Notes under the pieces: model-generated
Seen by the model: only the letters and a program-made list of their open reading frames with translations
What the model was told of the DNA's origin: nothing
The model's database searches: none
Program-made: the position numbers and the translations under genes
Source: Candidatus Blochmanniella floridana
GTDB taxonomy: Bacteria > Pseudomonadota > Gammaproteobacteria > Enterobacterales > Enterobacteriaceae
DNA length: 32,000 nt
NCBI GenBank assembly: GCA_000043285.1
Contig: BX248583.1
Coordinates: 480,001 to 512,000, forward strand
Reading direction: 5' to 3'
Shown: in pieces, positions 10,505 through 19,940 of the stretch
Position numbering within the stretch: the first letter of the stretch is position 1
Layout: every line of letters begins with the position of its first letter

Positions 10505-11377
10505 ATGATTAATAATTCTCAAAAAAAAGTTTATATGCAACATTCAACTCACTTAATAAAATTAACTAAAAATGATATCCGATCTGTATTTATTAGATCT
10601 AATTTATTTCAAGGTTCTTGGAACTTTGAACGTATGCAAGCTCTAGGATTTTGCTTTTCCATAATTCCAGTTATTCGACGTTTATATATAAAAAACAGTA
10701 ATGAACAAAAAGAAGCAATTAAAAGACATTTAGAATTTTTTAATACACATCCCTACGTTGCCGCTCCTATATTAGGAGTAACTATGGCTATGGAAGAAGA
10801 AAAAGCTAATGGAGCTACTACTATTGATAATGCAACAATTAATGGTTTAAAAGTAGGACTTATGGGGCCCTTAGCGGGAGTAGGAGATCCAATATTTTGG
10901 GGGACCATACGACCTGTATTATCTGCCCTAGGAGCTGGAATAGCCATGACTGGAAGTATACTGGGCCCATGTTTATTTTTCATTTTATTCAACTGTACTA
11001 GATTAACGATCCGATATTATGGAATTCTTTATGGGTACAAAAAGGGGGTTAGTATAGTTAAAGATATGGGAAGTGGATTCTTAAAAAAAATGACAGAAGG
11101 AGCTTCTATTTTAGGATTATTCGTAATGGGAGCTTTAGTAAATAAATGGACACATGTAAATATTCCATATGTTTTGTCTCGTGTTATCGATCAAGAAAAT
11201 AATATTATTACTACGACTGTTCAAAATATTTTAGACCAACTTATCCCTGGTCTTGTACCTTTATTATTAACATTTACATGTATGTGGTTGCTAAATCATA
11301 AAATAAATGCACTATGGATCATTACCGGATTTTTCATAATTGGTATATTTGGACATTGGTTTGGATTGTTGAGCTGA
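10505..11377 (+). CDS. manZ: Mannose-family PTS enzyme IID component
   Basis: SNLFQGSWNFERMQALGFCFS, HLEFFNTHPY and GDPIFWGT.RP match E. coli ManZ. It is third in the manXYZ operon. A later ATG (MQHST at 10535) cannot be excluded as the true start. Confidence 0.94.
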   Translation: MINNSQKKVYMQHSTHLIKLTKNDIRSVFIRSNLFQGSWNFERMQALGFCFSIIPVIRRLYIKNSNEQKEAIKRHLEFFNTHPYVAAPILGVTMAMEEEKANGATTIDNATINGLKVGLMGPLAGVGDPIFWGTIRPVLSALGAGIAMTGSILGPCLFFILFNCTRLTIRYYGILYGYKKGVSIVKDMGSGFLKKMTEGASILGLFVMGALVNKWTHVNIPYVLSRVIDQENNIITTTVQNILDQLIPGLVPLLLTFTCMWLLNHKINALWIITGFFIIGIFGHWFGLLS

Positions 11378-11408
11378 TTATATAATCAGCTCAACAATCC
11401 AAACCAAT
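11355..11408. repeat. 54-bp perfect palindrome (27-bp arms, no spacer) spanning the manZ stop codon; candidate bidirectional terminator
   Basis: I paired it base by base: 11355-11381 is the exact reverse complement of 11382-11408. The first mismatch is at 11354/11409. The left arm encodes the last manZ codons and the TGA stop at 11375-11377. Confidence 0.95.
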
Positions 11409-11548
11409 AAAATTTCCACATTAAATAAAACAGACCAGATTTTCACTCTTACTCATAATCACTGGCCTGGTATAGAAATAATTCTTCTATACTCACTCAC
11501 GAAAAATAAATATCAAAAATAATTATTTAATTTTTTACACATCCAGCT

Positions 11549-11758
11549 TTATAAAGATGTTACATTCACTGCCGATGGACCTTTATGCCCATCTTGTACT
11601 TCAAACTCTACATTCTGACCTTCAGACAATGTCTTAAATCCATTTCCTTGAATAGCAGAAAAATGAACAAACACATCCTTACTCCCATCTGCGGGTGTGA
11701 TAAAACCAAACCCCTTAGATTCATTAAACCATTTTACTTGACCTTTAATCTTTGCCAT
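11549..11758 (-). CDS. cspC: Cold-shock-domain protein CspC
   Basis: The 69-aa product [63 protein letters not shown].. differs from my recollection of E. coli CspC at only about six positions. RNP1 (KGFGFI) and RNP2 (VFVHF) are present. AAGGAA lies upstream of the ATG. Confidence 0.95.
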   Translation of the reverse strand: MAKIKGQVKWFNESKGFGFITPADGSKDVFVHFSAIQGNGFKTLSEGQNVEFEVQDGHKGPSAVNVTSL

Positions 11759-11858
11759 CTTACATATTTCCTTTAAACGTTTTTGTTTCCTGAAATAGCA
11801 GCTCTAAATTAATCTTAAAATAAAAACTAATTTATATACAACTATACTCAACTTACTG

Positions 11859-11887
11859 ATTATAATAATAACATAAAAACTTGCTAA
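11859..11887 (-). promoter_or_regulatory. Candidate sigma70 promoter for cspC (TTAGCA-N17-TATAAT on the minus strand)
   Basis: On the minus strand the -35 element TTAGCA is at 11887-11882, followed by a 17-nt spacer and the consensus -10 element TATAAT at 11864-11859. The -10 lies about 100 nt upstream of the cspC ATG. TATAAT-like strings are frequent in DNA this AT-rich, so this is weak evidence. Confidence 0.3.
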
Positions 11888-12441
11888 CTATATATTAACA
11901 CCACATTTATTATTTAATTATATATCCTGTTTTATTTTAATTTTTTATTTATTTTAATATCATATTATTTTTCATATTTAATATGGAAACCAATATTTTA
12001 TAATAACAGAAAATTATCTATTATCAATTTTTTTTTATATCCTCATCGCATAAATTCAAATGATTTGAACGCTATCAAACCTAAACTAATATACCGAAAT
12101 AAATTACTCATAAAAATAAAATACATTCATATAAATAAAACTCATATATATTTTGCATAATTACAACTAAAAACTAACTCGTTTATCTCTAACACCAATA
12201 TTTATTCTCAACAACAAATATATCAAAATACTTCTTCTGCAAAATATTACTAATAAACAATCCATTATAGTATATCATTTAATCACAAAATATTACTACC
12301 ATAATATAAATTGCACATAATTCATCATCACTTAATTTTTTTCCAAAATCAAAACACTGTTAACCAATTCATTCATTACATTAACCACAACTATAAATAC
12401 TTCTATACCCTTTGTTACACAAAACAAATTATAAAAAATTA

Positions 12442-12472
12442 CTATAATTTATACTGTTTATATAAATTATAG
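12442..12472 (-). terminator. Weak candidate terminator downstream of zwf
   Basis: A 12-bp perfect stem (CTATAATTTATA / TATAAATTATAG) with a 7-nt loop. On the minus strand it is followed by TAATTTTTTATAATTTGTTTT. It lies about 157 nt past the zwf stop. The stem is almost entirely A/T, so it could occur by chance. Confidence 0.25.
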
Positions 12473-12628
12473 ATCTAATATATTACTAATATACAATATT
12501 TAATTCTCTTTTCTTCTATATATGTATCATAACCATGCATATATAATTATATTATCTCCTACGAATTGTAATACTTCAGTACCTTTGATACATTTAAAAA
12601 TACAAAACTATGATATATAATAAAATAA

Positions 12629-14125
12629 TCAAATATTCGTATATTTCAACGTACATTTATTCCAATGATGATTTCCTTTACGAATCATTTCTGTAGATTC
12701 ACTCGGACCCCATGTACCAGCTTTATATAATTTTGGAACACCATCAACTAAAGACCATGCCTCTATAACAGAATCAACCCACCTCCATGAATCCTCTATT
12801 TCGTCATAACGTACAAATAATACTTGAATCCCACGCATTACCTCTAATAATAATCGTTCATAAGCATCTAATATGTATTCTCCGGAAAATATTTTCCTCA
12901 AATTTAAATTCAAATTAGTAATTTTTAAACGATTCTTATTACCTAATCCCGGTATTTTACTTAGAATCTGCATATCTATTCCTTCATATGGTTGTAATCG
13001 AATAATTAATTTATTATTAGGTAAAATTGAATAAGAATCTTTAAATAAATTCAATATTGGTTTTTTAAAATATATAACAACTTCAGAATATTTCATTGCT
13101 AATCTTTTTCCAGTACGTAAATAAAAAGGCACTCCAAACCACCTCCAATTATCTATATTCACTTTAATCGATACAAATGTTTCCGTTTTACTATCCTTGT
13201 TAGAACCTATTTCCTCTAAATATCCTGGTACTGGTTGACCATTAATAAAACCAGCAGTATATTGACCTCGTACCGCAATTTCATGTATCGTATTAGTATT
13301 AATCATACGCAATGAACGTAACACTTTAACTTTTTCGTCCCGAATACAATCAGCACTTAAATCAAAAGGAGGAGACATAGCAATGATAGTAAGAATTTGT
13401 AATAAATGACTTTGTACCATATCACGCATTTGCCCCATAGCATCAAAATAACCCCAACGACCTTCAATTCCAACCTCTTCTGAAACAGTAATTTGTACAT
13501 GATCAATGGTATTGTTATCCCAATTTGAAAAAAATACAGAATTTGCAAAACGTAATACCAACAAATTTAAAATAGCTTCTTTTCCTAAATAATGATCTAC
13601 CCGATAAATTTGAGTTTCATGAAAATATTTAGATACTTGAGAATTAATAACACGAGCAGAATCAAAGTTCATTCCTAATGGCTTTTCTATCACTATTCTA
13701 TTTCTTTCTTTATTTAAACCCACTAAACTTAATCCTTTACAAATAGATCCAAATGTATGAGGAGGCATTGCAAAATAATTTATTGTCAATAAATCTAAAT
13801 TTTTTAATTTATTCAGCACATGTACAAATTGTTCCGTTTGATTAACATCTAAATTACAAAAATCAAATCTTTTAGAAAAACGACACCATATATTTTCATT
13901 AATAGATTCTTTCATAAATCTCTCTAAAGAAGAACGCACAATTTTAATATATGTTAATAAATCCCATTCCGCTCTACCTACTCCTAATATAAAAGTTCTA
14001 GGATGTATAGAACCGATTTTCTCTAATTGATATAGCGCAGGAATTAATTTCCTACGAGCTAAATCTCCTTTAGCTCCAAAAATAATGAAATTACAAGCTT
14101 GAGTGGTAGTTGTTTTTGACCGCAT
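12629..14125 (-). CDS. zwf: Glucose-6-phosphate 1-dehydrogenase
   Basis: FIIFGAKGDLARRKLIPALYQLEK is the NADP-binding N-terminus. RVDHYLGKE is the catalytic signature. The tail KAGTWGP matches, and the 498-aa protein aligns with E. coli Zwf along its length. Confidence 0.96.
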   Translation of the reverse strand: MRSKTTTTQACNFIIFGAKGDLARRKLIPALYQLEKIGSIHPRTFILGVGRAEWDLLTYIKIVRSSLERFMKESINENIWCRFSKRFDFCNLDVNQTEQFVHVLNKLKNLDLLTINYFAMPPHTFGSICKGLSLVGLNKERNRIVIEKPLGMNFDSARVINSQVSKYFHETQIYRVDHYLGKEAILNLLVLRFANSVFFSNWDNNTIDHVQITVSEEVGIEGRWGYFDAMGQMRDMVQSHLLQILTIIAMSPPFDLSADCIRDEKVKVLRSLRMINTNTIHEIAVRGQYTAGFINGQPVPGYLEEIGSNKDSKTETFVSIKVNIDNWRWFGVPFYLRTGKRLAMKYSEVVIYFKKPILNLFKDSYSILPNNKLIIRLQPYEGIDMQILSKIPGLGNKNRLKITNLNLNLRKIFSGEYILDAYERLLLEVMRGIQVLFVRYDEIEDSWRWVDSVIEAWSLVDGVPKLYKAGTWGPSESTEMIRKGNHHWNKCTLKYTNI

Positions 14126-14614
14126 ACAAATACCCTATTATGTCAATTACACCTAAGTTTAATACTATTATACATCAACTTATTTATCTATAATAAAATA
14201 ATTATCTAAACATAATATTCAACAAATATCAATTATATAAATATAACACATATTATTAGATTACTTAAATCACAAAAACTTATTGTCTACATTCTCATCA
14301 TCAAAATACACAACTTATTTTTGATAATGAAAATTTATATCAATATCATAACAAATATATTTATTATTAATTTAATGATAAATTACATATAAAATACTAA
14401 AAACACAATAATTACAACAATATCATTAAATCATTTTTAACCAATAACATTAATATATTTTACACATTATAAAACCAAGATATATTACAAAATACAATTC
14501 ATTTTTATACTAAAGCAACATTTATTAATTATTCACTCTTGATATGCCCAAAGATATTCTCATACTATTAAATTTTATATATAATAATATCATATTAACA
14601 CTTGGAGAGTGACT

Positions 14615-16081
14615 ATGCCGCAATTATTAAGAAGAACTAAAATTATCGCTACTCTAGGACCTGCTACTGATCAAAAAAATACTCTTGAAAAAATCATTAT
14701 TTCAGGAGTTAATATAGTAAGATTAAATTTTTCACATGGAAATTCTTCAGAACATTTTTTCAGAGCAAATAAAGTTCGAAAACTTGCTAATCAACTACAT
14801 AAATATATAGCTATTTTAGGCGACCTACAAGGCCCCAAAATCAGAATTTCAACCTTTCAAACTAATAACATATATTTACAGTCTGGAGATGATTTTTTAA
14901 TAGATTCTACGTTAAAAAATAGTCATAATAATCAAAAATATGTAGGAGTAAACTATAAAGAATTACCACAAGATGTTTCTCCAGGAGATTATTTATTATT
15001 GGATGACGGAAAAATTCAATTAAAAGTTATAAAAATTCAAAATACCCAAATTTTCACTAAAGTAGTAATTGGAGGATTATTATCTAATAATAAAGGAATC
15101 AACAAATTAGGCGGAGGATTATCTGCAAAAGTATTAACAAATAAAGATAAATTAGATATTATCACTGCAGCCAAAATCGGAGTAGATTATCTAGCGATAT
15201 CCTTTCCTCGCAACAGTATGGATTTAAACTTTGCCCGAAAACTAATTACAGATGCTGGAAGCAATGCAAAAATTATATCTAAAATAGAAAGAGCTGAAGT
15301 AGTTAAATCCGATGACACAATAGATGATATTATTAAAGCATCTGATGCAGTTATGATAGCTAGAGGAGATTTAGGAATAGAAATTGGAGAACCACAATTA
15401 GTAGGAATACAAAAAAAAATTATACAAAGAGCACATCTCCTAAATAGAGCTGTTATTACAGCAACACAAATGATGGAATCCATGATAATTAATTCGGTTC
15501 CTACTCGAGCAGAAATCATGGATGTCGCCAATGCAGTATTGGATGGAACAGATGCGGTTATGTTATCCGCAGAAACTGCAACCGGACAGTATCCATCTGA
15601 AACCGTTTCTTCTATGGCTGATGTCTGTTTAGGAGCAGAAAAAACTCTAAATAATACTAATAATCAATTAATATTTATCAATCAACTACAAAAAAAAATT
15701 AACAATACCAAAGAAGCTATTGCAGCATCAACAATGCATATAGCTAATTGTTTAAGTAAAATACGTGCAATTATTTCTATAACTGATTGGGAACATATTG
15801 TATTATTATTATCTCGATTTAACTCTCAATTACCTATTTTTGCTTTATCCAAACACATTCATATTCTTAACATTGTTACTTTATATAAAGGAGTAATACC
15901 TATTTATTTTAATCGAACTGGTAATAATATAATAGATGCAAGACAGGCGAGTAACTTATTGCGAGATCAAGGTTTTCTAACACCTGGAGAACTAGTAATA
16001 ATAATACAAGATAATATTGTGAATCAATCTAATATTAATAACGTAACTCATATTCTTACAATAGAAGAACAATGTAAATAA
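14615..16081 (+). CDS. pykA: Pyruvate kinase II (AMP-activated type)
   Basis: LRRTKIIATLGPATD, NFSHG, AILGDLQGPKIR, NNKGINKLGGGLSA, MIARGDLGIEIG and ITATQMMESMI....PTRAE.MDVANAVLDGTDAVMLSAETA.GQYPSETV match E. coli PykA rather than PykF. I placed the start at ATG 14615, with GGAGAG 6 nt upstream, rather than at the track GTG at 14609. Confidence 0.95.
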   Translation: MPQLLRRTKIIATLGPATDQKNTLEKIIISGVNIVRLNFSHGNSSEHFFRANKVRKLANQLHKYIAILGDLQGPKIRISTFQTNNIYLQSGDDFLIDSTLKNSHNNQKYVGVNYKELPQDVSPGDYLLLDDGKIQLKVIKIQNTQIFTKVVIGGLLSNNKGINKLGGGLSAKVLTNKDKLDIITAAKIGVDYLAISFPRNSMDLNFARKLITDAGSNAKIISKIERAEVVKSDDTIDDIIKASDAVMIARGDLGIEIGEPQLVGIQKKIIQRAHLLNRAVITATQMMESMIINSVPTRAEIMDVANAVLDGTDAVMLSAETATGQYPSETVSSMADVCLGAEKTLNNTNNQLIFINQLQKKINNTKEAIAASTMHIANCLSKIRAIISITDWEHIVLLLSRFNSQLPIFALSKHIHILNIVTLYKGVIPIYFNRTGNNIIDARQASNLLRDQGFLTPGELVIIIQDNIVNQSNINNVTHILTIEEQCK

Positions 16082-16177
16082 ATTTTTCTATACTAAAATA
16101 GTAATATACCATTTAACAAGGATATAAATTCGTATTTATACGATGAATTAATCTAACCACGAGTAACAATAATAAAC

Positions 16178-17569
16178 TTAATCAAAATATAATTGAGGAA
16201 TAATCTCATGTATTTGATTTAAATATTTTATACGTTCCTTACCGGATAATTTTTCTATACTTAAGAGATTAGCGGTTAACGGATTAACAGGACGATGGTT
16301 AATCCATATCTCAAAATGTAAATGAGGACCTGTAGATCGTCCTGTATTTCCAGAAAATGCAATACTATCACCTCTTTTTATTTTTTGACCAGATTTAACT
16401 AATAATTTCTGCAAGTGCATATATCTTGTTATACATTGATGATTATGTTTGATAACTACATAATTTCCAGCAACTTTACTATATTTACTAATAATAACCT
16501 CTCCATCTCCTATTGAAAAAACTGGAGTTCCAATAGGTACAGCAAAATCCACCCCAGTATGTTGAGTTACTTGTCCAGTAATAGGGTTTAACCTATTTAA
16601 ATTAAAATTTGAAGATATACGATATGGTTTTAATATTGGAAAACGAAAAAAATTACTTCCTACTTCTATAGCATCTCTATTATAAAAACGACCATTACTT
16701 GCTCTAAAAACATAATAATCTTTACCTGCAGTATGTAAACGTGCCCCAATTAACTTGATTTTTAAATTATCACTATCATTATCTTCAAAAGACACTAATA
16801 TCGCAAACTTATCTCCCTGACGCAATTTTTTAAAATCCAATTGATATTGCAAGGATTTTATCACATCAGAAATACAATTTTTTTCTATCCCTAAAGATCG
16901 AGCACTATTAATAAACGTTCCATTTACTTTACCTACAAACAAAACTGTATAAAATGATCTATTATTGGATCGCTTAAATACTTTAACAATACCTTGAGTA
17001 AAAAAGGTTTTCATATTATTATAAATATGAATTTCATGATCAGAAATACACCATATTAAAGATTGTAATTGTTTTTTATTTGATACCACCCAAGATAATA
17101 ATTGACCAGATTTTAAATTATTTAATATAGGATATTGATTAATTAATTGATATATACAATCAATATCTATGATAATTTTATCATTATAACATTTCAAAAT
17201 ATCAATCAATGCATCATTAGAAGAAGACACAAAATAATCATATATAACAAAAAAACCTACAGATTGAGCAGAATAAAATTGATTTTTAACAAATTTTAAA
17301 TAATCTACACTTTTATTGTAATATTGATTATTATGAACTGAAACTAACGATTGAGATAATGTAGTATATTCGTTTGAAATACAAATTTTATTAATTTTTT
17401 TTTTATTTTTATTTAATACATTAATAACAAAAATGTTCCATATTATCATAATAATAATAATTAAAAAGATGGTAGATAACATCATAAAACATCTTTTATA
17501 TAAATAATGATATATTAACTTAATTGATCGAAACACAGGTATACATACACTCATAACAAATTTAATCAT
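16178..17569 (-). CDS. mepM: Murein DD-endopeptidase MepM (YebA), M23/LytM family
   Basis: The C-terminal M23 domain has HTGVDFA (HxxxD) and GPHLHFE (HxH). FRFP....RISSNFN..R.NP.TG and the tail EI.PQL.FD match E. coli MepM. There is an N-terminal membrane anchor. The start is ambiguous: ATGs at 17569, 17554 and 17485/17482 are all possible. Confidence 0.88.
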   Translation of the reverse strand: MIKFVMSVCIPVFRSIKLIYHYLYKRCFMMLSTIFLIIIIMIIWNIFVINVLNKNKKKINKICISNEYTTLSQSLVSVHNNQYYNKSVDYLKFVKNQFYSAQSVGFFVIYDYFVSSSNDALIDILKCYNDKIIIDIDCIYQLINQYPILNNLKSGQLLSWVVSNKKQLQSLIWCISDHEIHIYNNMKTFFTQGIVKVFKRSNNRSFYTVLFVGKVNGTFINSARSLGIEKNCISDVIKSLQYQLDFKKLRQGDKFAILVSFEDNDSDNLKIKLIGARLHTAGKDYYVFRASNGRFYNRDAIEVGSNFFRFPILKPYRISSNFNLNRLNPITGQVTQHTGVDFAVPIGTPVFSIGDGEVIISKYSKVAGNYVVIKHNHQCITRYMHLQKLLVKSGQKIKRGDSIAFSGNTGRSTGPHLHFEIWINHRPVNPLTANLLSIEKLSGKERIKYLNQIHEIIPQLYFD

Positions 17570-17780
17570 ATTTTCTATTTTTATACATTGTTACCTATTG
17601 TCATGTATAATTTTAACAAAAAATATAAAATTTATATTCTCTTTCATTTATGCTATTTTGTAGTATAATGAGTTTATATTATTTTATACATAATCAAATA
17701 CACATCATCATTAAATTATCATCTTTACAATATTCAGATATAATCTAAAGAAAACAATGACATTATTATAATCAATGCAA

Positions 17781-19511
17781 TTAATCAGGAGCATCAATCA
17801 TCAAATCCATAGCTCCTGTAGTTTTAGGAAATGCAATAACATCTCGAATATTATTAGATTTAGTTAATAACATAACTAATCGATCTAATCCCAATGCTAT
17901 ACCAGCATGTGGAGGAGCTCCATATTTTAGAGCATTCATCAAACATCCAAATTTCTTTTGTTGATTTTCTCGAGTTATACCTAAAATATCAAACATTGCT
18001 TGTTGCAATTTATATGAATGAATTCGCACTGATCCACTTCCTACTTCACATCCATTAATAACAATATCATATGCCTCTGAAACGGCTAACTCTGGATTTC
18101 TTTTTAAACATATTAAATCATTATCTTTTGGAGCAGTAAACATATGATGCATTGATACTAATTTTCCTGAAGTATTTTTTTTAAACATAGGAAAATCTAC
18201 TATCCATAACGGTTTCCAAGAATCTTGTTTAACCAAATTTAAATCATAACCTAATTTTGATCTTAAAGCACTCAACATTCTAGTAGTAGATAAATTCTTA
18301 TCATTATTAAAACCAAAAAACAAAATATCGTTATTCTCAATCTTAACTTGTGCCATCAGTAACTGTAAAAAATTTTTATTTAACAGATTAATTATAGGCC
18401 CGTCAATCGCTGTAATCTCTTTACAATCGTTCATTTGAATTTTCATCCATAAAAATTGCTGAATACCACTTTTTTTAGCATAATCACTATACTTATCAAT
18501 CTCATTACGCGTTAATTTAAATCCACTCGGAACATTCATAACTATTACTTGGGTATCAATTGTATCTACACATCCTGCATTACATATAAACAATTTATTA
18601 CCTAAAGACTGAAATATACTTGATACATCTTTCATTTCTATTGGATTTCTTAAATCTGGAGAATCAGATCCAAATCGACTAATCACTTCAGCATATGAAA
18701 ATTGAGAAAAAACCTCTAATTCTACATTTAAAATTTCTTTCCATAATTTACAAATAAAAAATTCCATAAGTTCTCGTATTTTCTTAGCCGTAATAAAAGA
18801 TATTTCTACATCAATCTGAGTAAACTCCGGTTGACGATCTGATCTTAAATCTTCATCTCGAAAACATTTAGTAATTTGATAATACCTATCAATTCCCGCA
18901 ATCATTAATAATTGTTTAAACATTTGAGGAGACTGAGGCAATGCGTAATATTTATTTATATGAAGTCTACTAGGAACAAGATAATCACGTGCCCCTTCTG
19001 GAGTAGATTTCGCTAATACAGGAGTATCTATATTTAACAATCCTTCTAATTCCATAAAACGATGTGTCAATGCCATCACTCTAGAACGAGTTTGTATATT
19101 ATGAAACATAATTGGTCTTCTCAAATCTAAATAACGATATTTTAATCGATTTTCTTCTATATTATCTTGATGAATATCTAATGGTAATGGATTAGAAACA
19201 TTCAAAACAAGAAAAAATTTTGCTTCTATTTCAATAAAACCAGTAGACATATTCTTATTTATTTGACTAACAGGACGAGATCGAACTATTCCTGTTAATT
19301 GAATACAAAATTCTTGTTTTAAATCAGCAGCTCGAACATATGTTTTTTTTTGAGCATCAGAATTAAAATATACTTGAATGCATCCTTCTCGATCTCTCAA
19401 ATCAACAAAAATTAATTTTCCAAAATTTCGATACTTATTCACCCACCCACATAACGTTACCTCTAAACCAACATGTGATAAATTTAATTGACCGCAATAC
19501 GCTGTTCGCAT
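17781..19511 (-). CDS. aspS: Aspartate--tRNA ligase
   Basis: [24 protein letters not shown] matches the E. coli AspRS N-terminus. The class II motifs [18 protein letters not shown] and GLDRLVM are present. I chose the start at the third codon of the track ORF; the AGGGG Shine-Dalgarno-like element lies about 8 nt upstream of it. Confidence 0.96.
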   Translation of the reverse strand: MRTAYCGQLNLSHVGLEVTLCGWVNKYRNFGKLIFVDLRDREGCIQVYFNSDAQKKTYVRAADLKQEFCIQLTGIVRSRPVSQINKNMSTGFIEIEAKFFLVLNVSNPLPLDIHQDNIEENRLKYRYLDLRRPIMFHNIQTRSRVMALTHRFMELEGLLNIDTPVLAKSTPEGARDYLVPSRLHINKYYALPQSPQMFKQLLMIAGIDRYYQITKCFRDEDLRSDRQPEFTQIDVEISFITAKKIRELMEFFICKLWKEILNVELEVFSQFSYAEVISRFGSDSPDLRNPIEMKDVSSIFQSLGNKLFICNAGCVDTIDTQVIVMNVPSGFKLTRNEIDKYSDYAKKSGIQQFLWMKIQMNDCKEITAIDGPIINLLNKNFLQLLMAQVKIENNDILFFGFNNDKNLSTTRMLSALRSKLGYDLNLVKQDSWKPLWIVDFPMFKKNTSGKLVSMHHMFTAPKDNDLICLKRNPELAVSEAYDIVINGCEVGSGSVRIHSYKLQQAMFDILGITRENQQKKFGCLMNALKYGAPPHAGIALGLDRLVMLLTKSNNIRDVIAFPKTTGAMDLMIDAPD

Positions 19512-19940
19512 ATTCATACCCCTGATACTTAATTATATATTGCCATTTATCTTATAAAAATTAAATTATATTCATAATTTACACACAACATACATATTAA
19601 TTAACATAATAAAATAACATCACTCAAATAATATAACTATATAGATAGATATATAAAAATTCTTTGATCAACAAAAAACTAAATACCATTAAATCATAAT
19701 ATTTAGTAATGACAACAAAAACATACAACTATTCCATTATTTAACATTGATTTTATTTACATCAGCAAAATATATCTCTCAATATAGAATTAATATTAAT
19801 ATTAAACTCACTATCACACATAATAATATCTTTATTAATATCAATAATATTTATAATCTATTACCAACATATGCTATATTATAAATAAATTTAATCATTA
19901 TATAATATATGTCATGAATAAACTTCCTTAGTTAAAATAT

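Noticed and set aside
10753-10992. 79-aa ORF antisense to manZ
   Set aside because: It lies inside the most conserved part of manZ. It is a shadow ORF.
11585-11776. 63-aa ORF antisense to cspC
   Set aside because: It lies opposite the near-invariant cspC coding sequence. It is a shadow ORF.
12055-12069. 15-bp palindrome TTCAAAT-G-ATTTGAA, which looks operator-like
   Set aside because: Inverted repeats with 7-bp arms are expected several times by chance in 32 kb of DNA this AT-rich. No second copy or nearby promoter context was seen.
13357-13548. 63-aa ORF in an alternative frame within zwf
   Set aside because: It lies inside zwf. The zwf frame carries the catalytic signature, and this frame carries nothing recognisable.
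15187-15531. 114-aa ORF antisense to pykA
   Set aside because: It lies opposite the most conserved pykA core. It is a shadow ORF.
16100-16160. Short hairpin TATAAAT-TCGT-ATTTATA between the convergent pykA and mepM genes
   Set aside because: It is a 7-bp A/T stem with no U-tract, at chance level.
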